Below, in pieces: positions 48,231 through 56,972 of a stretch of DNA of 64,000 bases. This DNA comes from an uncultured virus (IMG/VR IMGVR_UViG_3300012271_000008). Lineage: Duplodnaviria; Heunggongvirae; Uroviricota; Caudoviricetes. Numbering within the stretch: position 1 is the stretch's first letter; every line of letters starts with the position of its first letter. The notes below the pieces were generated by a model, which worked only from the letters and a program-made list of their open reading frames with translations, ran no database searches and was not told the origin of the DNA. The stretch lies in the IMG/VR virus record IMGVR_UViG_3300012271_000008, positions 1 through 64,000 of that record. One strand, given 5' to 3'. Position numbers and translations under genes: made by a program.

Positions 48231-48361
48231 TTTAGTACTCAGAAAAAAAATTATAAAAAAAAATTTAGAAAGAGTTCAGGTGGTTAGAGGAGCCAAAACA
48301 ACAACCCCCCATCTTAAATCTGACGGTAAAGCCCCCTAATGGGTAATATCATAGAAACAGA

Positions 48362-48742
48362 ATGCATACATATATAGTTAAAGAGGTCAGTACTGCTGAT
48401 CCAGCTAAAACAAACGGAGTTGTTCTACACTCAGCACAGGTTGCTCAAGTAGGAGGAGTGGTAAAGAGAGGTGACAAGACAATTCAACTGAAAGATAAAG
48501 CAGTTGGATGGATCACAACATTTGATGACAAACTAGAGGTAGGTGATTCTATTGACTATGATGAGAAGCTTCATCGTGTCAACTGGCTAACTGCCAATGA
48601 TAGAGTTATTCACCTTGCTGTTAATGAGCAAGAGCGTGAAGACAGAAAAGCTGTCCTAGCTGCTGGTGGTTATGAGAAGCAACAAGAAAGCATTAAAGCA
48701 ATGCTAATGGCTGATGCTGCTATTGCAGGCAATGAAGGCTAA
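48362..48742 (+). CDS. Hypothetical protein, first gene of rightward arm
   Basis: 126 aa, higher GC than neighbours, followed by a terminator. Confidence 0.7.
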   Translation: MHTYIVKEVSTADPAKTNGVVLHSAQVAQVGGVVKRGDKTIQLKDKAVGWITTFDDKLEVGDSIDYDEKLHRVNWLTANDRVIHLAVNEQEREDRKAVLAAGGYEKQQESIKAMLMADAAIAGNEG

Positions 48743-48746
48743 AGAT

Positions 48747-48768
48747 AAGGGGGCTAACGCCCCTTTTT
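48747..48768 (+). terminator. Intrinsic terminator
   Basis: GGGGC-TAAC-GCCCC-TTTTT. Confidence 0.85.
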
Positions 48769-48801
48769 CTCTTTAAATTGCAATAAGAATTAGATTAAAA
48801 A

Positions 48802-48842
48802 TACTTAAATGGTTAGATAAGGTTCGATTCCTTAATAAGTAG
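48802..48842 (+). ncRNA. Minimal tRNA-like element (acceptor stem + T arm only)
   Basis: TACTTA/TAAGTA stem; TAAGG-TTCGATT-CCTTA arm. Confidence 0.5.
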
Positions 48843-48933
48843 CTAAAGAAATAAAGATATGATGATGATAATTTGGTTTATAATATTAATACTGATAATA
48901 ACTCAGGTAGATTAACAATTTAAAAGAAATAAA

Positions 48934-49179
48934 ATGGAAATAATTAACAAAATAGATGGCATAAAGTCACAAATTCCTATTCAATTAGAATATTATATAG
49001 GTTTAAACACTATGATATTTTCTAAACCTCGTACAAGCTTTGAAAATATAGTTTCAATAGAATTAATAGTTAAAGATGTGCAAGGTTGGGACGTAATGGT
49101 AGTAACTAATTCCACAGGCTTTAAGTATATGTACAAAGGTAAGTGGAATGATGGTTTTATGCCACAAAATGAGTCATAG
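48934..49179 (+). CDS. Hypothetical protein
   Basis: 81 aa with an A-rich leader. Confidence 0.6.
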   Translation: MEIINKIDGIKSQIPIQLEYYIGLNTMIFSKPRTSFENIVSIELIVKDVQGWDVMVVTNSTGFKYMYKGKWNDGFMPQNES

Positions 49180-49308
49180 TAAGAGTTTAGAGAGTGGTAG
49201 GAGTTAACATCCACCACTCTAAGCCTATTCTAACACTATTTCTCTAAGTTATCACACATACTATTATATAGCTTTTTAACAATTTTAACAATCTAACAAG
49301 AAACTAAA

Positions 49309-49545
49309 ATGAATCAAAACAAAAATTTACTAGAAGACAATACTATTACTAACACTGAAGAAGATAATTTTGCAATATTAGCAAACAAATCTAAATCATT
49401 AGTAGATAAAAATAAAAATAGTGTAAAATGTCAACATTTGTCAACATCAGACTTTACATCAAGTGGTAAAACTAAAATTTGCAATGATTGTGGAGTAATA
49501 TTTAAAGCTACTGTTATTTGGACAGAACAAATAGCATCTCATTAA
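49309..49545 (+). CDS. Hypothetical Zn-ribbon protein
   Basis: CQH...CNDCG. Confidence 0.6.
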   Translation: MNQNKNLLEDNTITNTEEDNFAILANKSKSLVDKNKNSVKCQHLSTSDFTSSGKTKICNDCGVIFKATVIWTEQIASH

Positions 49546-49571
49546 TCTAACAATCTAACAATAACAATCAA

Positions 49572-49775
49572 ATGAAAAGATTAACAAACTTACAGTTAAA
49601 AGACATTATAAAGCAATTTAATGATCTTAAAGAAGATGGGCAGATTATACAGACTAGTGAAGATGAATTCATTACTGTTGATGATTATGCTAAAAATGTA
49701 AAAGAAGATATAGAAAGTTTTCAAGAAAAAGATTTTGATTGGGATTTAAACTTACATAACAAAAACAATGAATAA
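49572..49775 (+). CDS. Small acidic hypothetical protein
   Basis: 67 aa, Asp/Glu-rich. Confidence 0.6.
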   Translation: MKRLTNLQLKDIIKQFNDLKEDGQIIQTSEDEFITVDDYAKNVKEDIESFQEKDFDWDLNLHNKNNE

Positions 49776-49872
49776 ATTAAACAAAAAAATAGACCCTAAT
49801 GAATGGGATGAATTTGGTAATTTAGTACCTGATCCAGAAGGTAATGATCCTGATGGACACGAAGCTCTTTAA
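49768..49872 (+). CDS. Small acidic peptide (34 aa, not in ORF track)
   Basis: MNKLNKKIDPNEWDEFGNLVPDPEGNDPDGHEAL*; overlaps the previous stop. Confidence 0.5.
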   Translation: MNKLNKKIDPNEWDEFGNLVPDPEGNDPDGHEAL

Positions 49873-49978
49873 CAATACTAATAAACAACTGTAACCAATT
49901 TGTATTACTGAATATAATTGGGTAAAAACATTTGAACTGCACTTCAGTTGTTTATTTTTTTAAACTCTTTAACAATAT

Positions 49979-50348
49979 GGGGGTGTTCTGGCTTTTGACA
50001 GAATGGCTATGATTAGACGAACAAGTATGCAAAAATGAAACTATCAATGCATTAAATAATATGTTTCAAGTCATAAACGACAAACAAATATCAAATACAA
50101 CTGTTGATGCTCAAGGAGTATTACAGATGTTCCCTACTGTTAAGCTAGAAATAGCAGCATAGTATGGCTGATTTAAGCTGGTAACTAAATTACCAAAAAC
50201 AGAGATAAAACTGTAAAGCTAAAGGTGGAGCTTGTACTAAGTAGTACAGCCTAATATTCTAGTTTAAAGAATACAAACAAAAACAAAACTTGTAACAATT
50301 TATTTATGATTAACATTTTGGACCTGGGTTCGACTCCCAGCACCTCCA
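49979..50348 (+). ncRNA. ssrA: tmRNA
   Basis: Acceptor stem GGGGGTG/CACCTCC with G3:U pair and discriminator A; TTCTGGCTTTTGAC at the 5' end; GAC-CTGGG-TTCGACT-CCCAG T arm; internal tag frame ending ...EIAA-TAG (50160-50162). Confidence 0.92.
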
Positions 50349-50382
50349 CAATAATAATTTAACATTTTAACAATTTAACATT

Positions 50383-50676
50383 ATGAATAACGAAGAAAAA
50401 ACAAAAAATAATATGAAAACATTTGCAGTATTAATTACATCATCAGATGGTAAAACATTAATCAGTAATCACGATGAATCTGGAGATAGTATTGTCAGTA
50501 TTATACAATTGTATGAAAGTTTAGGTCAATTACCTAAAGGTCAAATCATAAAAGCAATAGTTGAAAAAACTGAACATTATACTCCAATAGAAGCTAAAGA
50601 TTTTGATAATGGTACAATAAAGGAAATGAATTCTGATTTTAATGTTGACTTATATGAACAAATTTTGTGTATGTAA
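50383..50676 (+). CDS. Hypothetical protein
   Basis: 97 aa, acidic. Confidence 0.6.
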   Translation: MNNEEKTKNNMKTFAVLITSSDGKTLISNHDESGDSIVSIIQLYESLGQLPKGQIIKAIVEKTEHYTPIEAKDFDNGTIKEMNSDFNVDLYEQILCM

Positions 50677-50842
50677 ATCAAAAATCATAGTCAGACAAAA
50701 GACGTTAAAAGAAGGGAATAGCTGAATATCCTTAAACAAATAGAAGCTAGATCTACATAAAACCATCCGTAAGATAGATGGCACACAACCAAAAAAGGGA
50801 AAAGTGTGCTGATGTAGAAGGAATAGAAAACAGTGAAATAAT

Positions 50843-50925
50843 AAAATGTCTCTTTCATGGGCGAGGTTAATACGGATATTCTTTTAAAGATCCCTATTAA
50901 TAGTGGTTCAAGTCCACTGCATTTT
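50843..50925 (+). ncRNA. tRNA-like element with extended anticodon arm
   Basis: AAAATGT/GCATTTT stem; AGTGG-TTCAAGT-CCACT T arm; TTAATA..GGAT..CTTTTAA..ATCC..TATTAA arm. Confidence 0.45.
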
Positions 50926-51078
50926 TTATTTTAACCAAAAACACACTGTATTACTGCAGTAGTACCACGTTTTATCTATAATGATAAATTCAATAAAGTA
51001 TAATCTACAAGGTAGAGGGTTCTTTCAGTGTGTTTTATTTTATTTTTATTAATCAAAAAACAAGAAAAAAGAAATATT

Positions 51079-51270
51079 ATGAATTATTTAGATTTAGATC
51101 CTTATTTAATAATAGGATTATCAGCCGTTTTAATTATAGTAGTAATGTTTACTGCATATGATTTATTTGAAAATGAGTTAGTGATGACCAATAATTGGTT
51201 TACGTGTAGTATGATATTTTGGGTATCTATAGCTTTGCTTATTTTATCTTTTATTTATTTAACTTATTAA
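51079..51270 (+). CDS. Small membrane protein
   Basis: Two TM segments; likely start MNYLDL. Confidence 0.55.
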   Translation: MNYLDLDPYLIIGLSAVLIIVVMFTAYDLFENELVMTNNWFTCSMIFWVSIALLILSFIYLTY

Positions 51271-51281
51271 CAGAAATCAAT

Positions 51282-51452
51282 ATGAAAAAATTATTATTAT
51301 TTACATTATTAGGCTTAACATTAATTTTAATATTATTAGGTTATGCTACAATAATATGGTGGGGAACATTACAAAGTTATATAGCTTTATTTGAAGTTTT
51401 TGTATTCTCTTTTTTACTTTATAAAACTTTTATTGAATTAAAAAGAATATGA
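51282..51452 (+). CDS. Small membrane protein
   Basis: Likely start MKKLLLF; two TM segments. Confidence 0.5.
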   Translation: MKKLLLFTLLGLTLILILLGYATIIWWGTLQSYIALFEVFVFSFLLYKTFIELKRI

Positions 51453-51739
51453 ATTTTCTTATTATATATTTTATAGGGTATCTTATTATGTTTTTATATG
51501 CATCTATAAGTGAAATTTTAATTGAAAAAGATAAACTTACAGTAGAAATTTTACTTGGATTTTTTTTGATAAGTATAAGTTCTTGGGGGGGTTTATTTTT
51601 TATTTTAGCAATTAAATCAATTGATAGAATAATTGTATTAAAAAGTAAAATGAGTAAACCTCTTAAAAAATGGTTAAACACAACAATTTATACTCCTAAC
51701 ACAGGTGGAGCTAATCATTTTACAACAAACAAGAAATAG
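51449..51739 (+). CDS. Membrane protein
   Basis: 96 aa with two TM segments. Confidence 0.6.
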   Translation: MNFLIIYFIGYLIMFLYASISEILIEKDKLTVEILLGFFLISISSWGGLFFILAIKSIDRIIVLKSKMSKPLKKWLNTTIYTPNTGGANHFTTNKK

Positions 51740-52048
51740 ATAATTGAAACACATCCTTTGCGGAAATTTGGAACGTTGTTATCTTTATATTAATAGTAGT
51801 GAAGCTGTAAAAATGTGGACAAGCTAAGGGTTTAGCTCACATTAGGTTCTACGGAATTAACAGAAACCTTGAAAGACCCGAAACTATTAATAACACAAAC
51901 TATTCACAAAGTAAGAAAGCTCGTACTGACTCTTAACTGAGAAGTACAAGTATATATTAAAAGAACTACGATAAATTAATATCACGTAGAATCTTAAAAG
52001 GCAGGTGAAGATCCTGAAGTGAATAGTTTTTTAAAAAATTAAATACAA

Positions 52049-52294
52049 ATGAAAAAATTACTATTAATACTAACATTTCTTACATTTTTAGGATGTAACA
52101 AAGAAAATATTACACCAACACCAGAGTGTAATTGTGGAACAATATCTGATTATGGAACTAAAAATGGTTTGTATTGGATAGAATTAGAAAATGATTGTTC
52201 AGGTAATAAAGAACATTGGTTTTTTAGAGAAGAAGTTTTTATAACTGCACAAATAGGTTATAATTTGTGTATGTATGATGAACCAAATTGGTAA
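52049..52294 (+). CDS. Lipoprotein
   Basis: Signal peptide II MKKLLLILTFLTFLG-C. Confidence 0.75.
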   Translation: MKKLLLILTFLTFLGCNKENITPTPECNCGTISDYGTKNGLYWIELENDCSGNKEHWFFREEVFITAQIGYNLCMYDEPNW

Positions 52295-52744
52295 AGAAAT
52301 ACGTTAAACCTATGACGTTGTGATTAACCTCGGTCCTGAAAATGGATAAAACCGTGGTCAATGTCACTAAATAAAGATAGAATATAAATTGTAATAACAC
52401 AAGCACCTGGAGGTAAGCAGGTTTAATAGAAACTACAGTCTAAGCTTAGTGTTATTACATACAAATTTATCAAGTGTACCAACTGTATGGTAATATGTTG
52501 GATAGAGATATAGTAACTAATCTGTTAAATGACGTTACTTAGATGAAACAATAGTATGTTTGAATAGATTTAACACTATAATAAAACATTGAGAAGTAGT
52601 TAGAATACACTTAGGAGTTTACAACAAGAGATAGACAGAATGGAGGATGAATTAAGTAATCCGAGTCATGTACTAATTATCTTGTGACCATTTATAGAAA
52701 TATAGATGGTGCTAATACATCACTGAGAATACAGTAAAACTCCT

Positions 52745-52769
52745 AGCAGGAGAGTATAATCCTGCTTTT
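52745..52769 (+). terminator. Putative conditional terminator
   Basis: AGCAGGA-N8-TCCTGCT-TTT, 16 nt before the ATG at 52786. Confidence 0.55.
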
Positions 52770-52785
52770 AAAAAAATTAAAAATT

Positions 52786-52941
52786 ATGACAATATTAGAA
52801 ATTACATTAACAGGAATAATATGGATAGCGTATGGTTGTCGTGTAAGTGACCAACATGATTGGAATGAACACTCTGCATCTCATATAATTTTTGCACCTA
52901 TTGTGCTACTTTATAGAGTAGTAGTAGGAATTTTCAATAAA
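52786..52941 (+). CDS. Small membrane protein (51 aa, not in ORF track)
   Basis: MTILEITLTGIIWIAYG...IIFAPIVLLYRVVVGIFK*. Confidence 0.6.
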
Positions 52942-52959
52942 CCTTAAAACAAAATCAAA

Positions 52960-53592
52960 ATGCAATTAGAAACAGTACAGGTAATAATGTTACCTGCAAA
53001 GAGCGGAGCTATTCATAGATACGGTCCTAGTTTATTGTTATATCCTTATGGAGACAGTAAAGCTTGTCATCTCTATTTCACATCAGATGAAGAGATTAAA
53101 GATGAGGATTGGTACTATTGGAGTGTGACAAACTCTATACAAAAATTTAAGGCTCACCTTCGCGACACAAATACACCCAAAAACTCTGATGGTAGTAGAA
53201 AAATTGTAGCAACAACAGATAAGAAGCTTATTGGAGTAAACCAAATACCACAATCATTTGTAGAAGAATATTCTAGACAAGGCGGTATTAATGAGGTTAA
53301 CTTAGAATATCTTGATTGGTGTGACTACGATGATGATAACCCTACAGGATTAGATAAACCTGATTGGAGATTAAAATTAACACCTAACAATGAAGTAATA
53401 ATACACTTGATTAAAGAAAAAATGTATAGTAAAAGTGAAGTTGAAATCTTTCTTAAAAAAGGATTTAATGATTTTAGACTAAAAACAAAAAGTGTTCAAT
53501 ATGTTGTTGGAAATGGAAATCCAAATACAAATGGAACTAAAAAAAAGTTTTTAATTACTAATATAAACAATTGGATTAAAGAAAATTTATAA
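52960..53592 (+). CDS. Hypothetical protein
   Basis: 210 aa; HLYFTSDEEIK, KIVATTD, IPQSFVEEY. Confidence 0.7.
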   Translation: MQLETVQVIMLPAKSGAIHRYGPSLLLYPYGDSKACHLYFTSDEEIKDEDWYYWSVTNSIQKFKAHLRDTNTPKNSDGSRKIVATTDKKLIGVNQIPQSFVEEYSRQGGINEVNLEYLDWCDYDDDNPTGLDKPDWRLKLTPNNEVIIHLIKEKMYSKSEVEIFLKKGFNDFRLKTKSVQYVVGNGNPNTNGTKKKFLITNINNWIKENL

Positions 53593-53595
53593 ATT

Positions 53596-53847
53596 ATGAA
53601 TTATAGAAAAATACATATAAAACCTAAACCTCCATTAAGTAAAACATCAAAACCACCACCAGCTCCTATAGCAAAAGTAACAGTTAAAACTTATACTGTA
53701 GAAGAAATTAACGCTATATTTGATGAAAGAATATCAAATATAAAAACAGAATTAAAACATACTAATTGTCCTACTTACCTAGACACTACATCTTATTTAA
53801 TAGGAGCAAGAGAAATACTAACAGATTTAAAAAAAAAATTTAAGTAA
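53596..53847 (+). CDS. Hypothetical protein
   Basis: 83 aa, Pro-rich N-terminus. Confidence 0.55.
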   Translation: MNYRKIHIKPKPPLSKTSKPPPAPIAKVTVKTYTVEEINAIFDERISNIKTELKHTNCPTYLDTTSYLIGAREILTDLKKKFK

Positions 53848-53997
53848 TTATGAAAAATAAAAGACCAAGAATTAAAGTAAAACAACCTACAAATGTTAAA
53901 ACTACTAATAGAGTAGAACTGATTTGTAGTGGTAATTTAGATGGATTTAATAGTTCACAAAGAAAAATGAATCCAGGAACTGTAACAAGATTTTAAT

Positions 53998-54201
53998 ATG
54001 ATATTATATTTAATAATATACTTTTTAATAGGAGTATTGATTAATTTCAAATTAGTTTCATTAACTGAAAAGCATGGAATTGAATTTTGGAATAAAGATG
54101 ATGGTAAAGACATTGATAAAATGTTATTTTCCACGTTAATAGCGTGGCCTTTAATGTTGTTAGTCATTTTTTACATAATAATTAAACATTATAAGAAATA
54201 A
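53998..54201 (+). CDS. Small membrane protein
   Basis: Two TM segments, AWPL motif. Confidence 0.6.
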   Translation: MILYLIIYFLIGVLINFKLVSLTEKHGIEFWNKDDGKDIDKMLFSTLIAWPLMLLVIFYIIIKHYKK

Positions 54202-54203
54202 TT

Positions 54204-54491
54204 ATGAAATTAAAAGGATATAATAAATTAATATTACAAGTAATATTATTATCTGTAAGTATGATGTTAATGTCACTTTTTACTGACACTGAATTTTGGT
54301 ATAACAATTTTAATACTTTACATTTATTAGATTTAAGTGAAAGATGTGGAAAAGGTGGTTTTGGAGGATCAGAAGGTCACCATTATCACTGGAACTATAG
54401 AGGATTTGTATATAGTATTTCTGGATTTATATTATTTGTAATTACAGTAATAAGAATAATTAACACACATAAAGAAGATGATTTTAGCTAA
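54204..54491 (+). CDS. Membrane protein
   Basis: Two TM segments flanking a His/Gly-rich loop. Confidence 0.6.
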   Translation: MKLKGYNKLILQVILLSVSMMLMSLFTDTEFWYNNFNTLHLLDLSERCGKGGFGGSEGHHYHWNYRGFVYSISGFILFVITVIRIINTHKEDDFS

Positions 54492-54744
54492 ATATCAAAG
54501 AATAAGTCTAAATATGTTAATAACTTCTATAATATGTTATAGTATATTTTATTTAATTAAAATATATATTGTATGGGAATCAGAACATTTTTTTCAAATA
54601 TTTATGGATTTACCTAATATAAATTTAGAAGAAAGAGCAACATTTTTGTTTATATGGGCATTCTTTCAATTTGTAAATTGCATAGTATGGTTCAATATTA
54701 TAACTGATAGAATTAAAAAAAATAAATCAAATTTAAGGTATTAA
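54478..54744 (+). CDS. Membrane protein
   Basis: Two TM segments. Confidence 0.55.
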   Translation: MILAKYQRISLNMLITSIICYSIFYLIKIYIVWESEHFFQIFMDLPNINLEERATFLFIWAFFQFVNCIVWFNIITDRIKKNKSNLRY

Positions 54745-54758
54745 AACAAGAAAAAACA

Positions 54759-55040
54759 ATGAACAAAGTAACACGTAAAAAGAGATATTCATCTCCAGAT
54801 GAAGTGATTAGATCACTATCAACTAAAAATGATGTAAGAATTGTATCTGCAAAAGATGGCAATCAAATTGTAAGAGTACTATCTAATAGTGCTAGAGGTA
54901 GAAAAAATGATCTAGGTAATAGTAGTCTTGGAAAAATAGACTATTTAACAAATCATTGTGGTAACAAATTTACTAAACAAATAGTAGATAAGTTTGAACC
55001 AAAAAAGCCTTTTAAAAAGAAATACCCTACAACAAGGTAA
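54759..55040 (+). CDS. Basic hypothetical protein
   Basis: 93 aa, DLGNSSLGKIDYL. Confidence 0.65.
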   Translation: MNKVTRKKRYSSPDEVIRSLSTKNDVRIVSAKDGNQIVRVLSNSARGRKNDLGNSSLGKIDYLTNHCGNKFTKQIVDKFEPKKPFKKKYPTTR

Positions 55041-55203
55041 TTAAGTAAATACTACTGTGTAGAAATATGCAGTAGTATACTTTTAAAATATCAATGAGAT
55101 TAAAATTAAAATTGTTTTATTTATTCAGATTGAATAAAATTACAAAGAATTTAATAAAAAATGGAGTAGTATCCAAAAGAGACCTAATAAAAATTAACAA
55201 GAA

Positions 55204-55932
55204 ATGAACAAATTAAAAATTGGATTAGTAACAAATATGACTGTAAGAAGTCATGTAGGCATGGGAATTGCTTATGTAAGATTTTGTGAAGAAATAGCAA
55301 GAAGAGCCGAAAAAACATTAAATTTAGTATTAATACATCATACTAATGATTTTATTAAAGACTTAGACATTTTAATATTACCTGGTGGAGCTGACGTAGA
55401 TCCTGCACTTTATGATGAAGAATTATCTTCATTAGTAGGTCGTTTAGATCCACAGAGAGACTTTTTTACTAGAAATGTATTACCATTATATGTTGAGAGT
55501 AAAACGCCTATATTTGGCATTTGTAGAGGTCATCAAGAATTAGCTGCTCATTTTGGTATGAAGCTTATTCAAGATAAGATAGAACCTTTGTCTGAATATG
55601 TATTTGGAGCAGTTATAGAAAAAGTGGAATTAAAGAATTTCTTTAATACTCATGCTTCTGGTGCTAAAAAAGGAGAATACATATTAATAAAAGATGAAAG
55701 AGTTAATCACATTATGGATGTTAATTCTAGACATCATCAATGTGTTAAAGTTTGTGACACTGAAAAAGCAGTTGTAACAGCAGCTCTAGGTAAAATTGAT
55801 TCTGGTAGAATAGAAGCAATGGAATATATAGGTTATCCTATAGTGTCTGTACAATGGCATCCTGAAATTTTGTTTGATACATATACTATGAGATCAATTG
55901 AATTACTACTAGAATATGAAAAAAAAGATTAA
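55204..55932 (+). CDS. Class I glutamine amidotransferase / peptidase C26 family
   Basis: LPGGADVDP..Y, GICRGHQ, VNSRHHQ, VQWHPE. Confidence 0.88.
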   Translation: MNKLKIGLVTNMTVRSHVGMGIAYVRFCEEIARRAEKTLNLVLIHHTNDFIKDLDILILPGGADVDPALYDEELSSLVGRLDPQRDFFTRNVLPLYVESKTPIFGICRGHQELAAHFGMKLIQDKIEPLSEYVFGAVIEKVELKNFFNTHASGAKKGEYILIKDERVNHIMDVNSRHHQCVKVCDTEKAVVTAALGKIDSGRIEAMEYIGYPIVSVQWHPEILFDTYTMRSIELLLEYEKKD

Positions 55933-56021
55933 AATAGTAAAGATTATTAATTTTGAGTATTACTCAAGATTTGGAGCACCTTTTTAAGGTAGGATCAAAG
56001 CCGTGAGAACCTAATTCTCAA

Positions 56022-56089
56022 GAACACACATAGCTTAATGGTAAAAGCATTTTTTAAAAAAGATTATGGTTCGATTCCATGTGTGTTCG
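56022..56089 (+). ncRNA. tRNA-like element with collapsed anticodon arm
   Basis: GAACACA/TGTGTTC stem; D arm GCTT-AATGGTAA-AAGC; T6A6 hairpin in place of the anticodon arm; TATGG-TTCGATT-CCATG T arm. Confidence 0.6.
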
Positions 56090-56091
56090 CT

Positions 56092-56367
56092 ATGTATAGT
56101 AAAATAGAAGGAAAAGAAGGTGAATATTTAAAAGAAGTAAATGATTTGTTTGAAAATAATGGGATAGATGATTTTATAATTGATCATGATGATTATGTAG
56201 AAAAATCAGTTAAAAACCAGAAACCTATAAGAGGTTTTTATTTTTGTACAAATAATAGAGAAATTAATATTCAATTGGAAGAGATAAATACTCTAAGAAT
56301 GGACGTTTTTAAAGGAATGTGTGCAGTAAAATGTTTAAAAGAAGTAGAAAATGTATTACCGTTTTAA
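56092..56367 (+). CDS. Hypothetical protein
   Basis: Likely start MYSKIEG, downstream of the tRNA-like element. Confidence 0.55.
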   Translation: MYSKIEGKEGEYLKEVNDLFENNGIDDFIIDHDDYVEKSVKNQKPIRGFYFCTNNREINIQLEEINTLRMDVFKGMCAVKCLKEVENVLPF

Positions 56368-56665
56368 ATTAAGATCAAAAATATTTTTAGTATTGTTATC
56401 AATATTAACATTTATATTAACAATAAGTTTTATTGTTAAAAATTACGAGAATTTACAATTTTTAGTAATGTTTTTTATAATTATTATTTTTGTCTTAATA
56501 TATCAAGGATTAATAATAAGTAGTAAACTTACTCAATTTAATTTAGGATTTGAGGATTGTAAAAGAAATAAAAGTAAAAAGAAATTAATAATAGATGAAG
56601 ATTATCATTTAGGTTATAATTTCTATATAAACAAAATGTTTAATGAACAAAATAGAAAAAAATAA
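56351..56665 (+). CDS. Membrane protein
   Basis: Two TM segments. Confidence 0.55.
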   Translation: MYYRFKLRSKIFLVLLSILTFILTISFIVKNYENLQFLVMFFIIIIFVLIYQGLIISSKLTQFNLGFEDCKRNKSKKKLIIDEDYHLGYNFYINKMFNEQNRKK

Positions 56666-56972
56666 AAAAAATGTTATAACAAGTCATAAAGGTATTGTTA
56701 ACTTTTATGCAGGCCATTATGATACACTTTTAAAAAATCATTTTGAAGTAAAATCTTGTATTATACCTAAAATGGAATTAGGTTTTAAAAAAGCAAATGA
56801 TGGCGAATCTACTTTTGTTTTTCATAGTAGGCAAGGAAGAGAATTTACAATTAAATTTGATTTTCCTAAAAAATTACCTCTTAAACTGGTAAAAGCTTTT
56901 GCAGCTGTAGAATGTTTAAAAAATGTTCAATCTGTTATTATGAATGATTACTATCATAATAACATTTATTAA
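56643..56972 (+). CDS. Hypothetical protein
   Basis: 109 aa; C-terminal AVECLKNV resembles AVKCLKEV in 56092-56367. Confidence 0.6.
   Translation: MNKIEKNKKNVITSHKGIVNFYAGHYDTLLKNHFEVKSCIIPKMELGFKKANDGESTFVFHSRQGREFTIKFDFPKKLPLKLVKAFAAVECLKNVQSVIMNDYYHNNIY

Noticed and set aside
49270..50382. Repeated TAACAA/TTTAACA words before ATGs as phage promoters
   Set aside because: More simply explained as unstructured A-rich Bacteroidota translation leaders; no fixed spacing seen.
50809..50830. Hammerhead ribozyme at CTGATGT
   Set aside because: The core requires CTGANGA plus a correctly placed GAAA and stems, which are not present.
48993..54167. Minus-strand ORFs 48993, 51430 and 53955
   Set aside because: Antisense to better-supported plus-strand early genes.
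56038..56091. N-terminal part of ORF 56038..56367
   Set aside because: It overlaps the tRNA-like element; ATG 56092 is the more plausible start.
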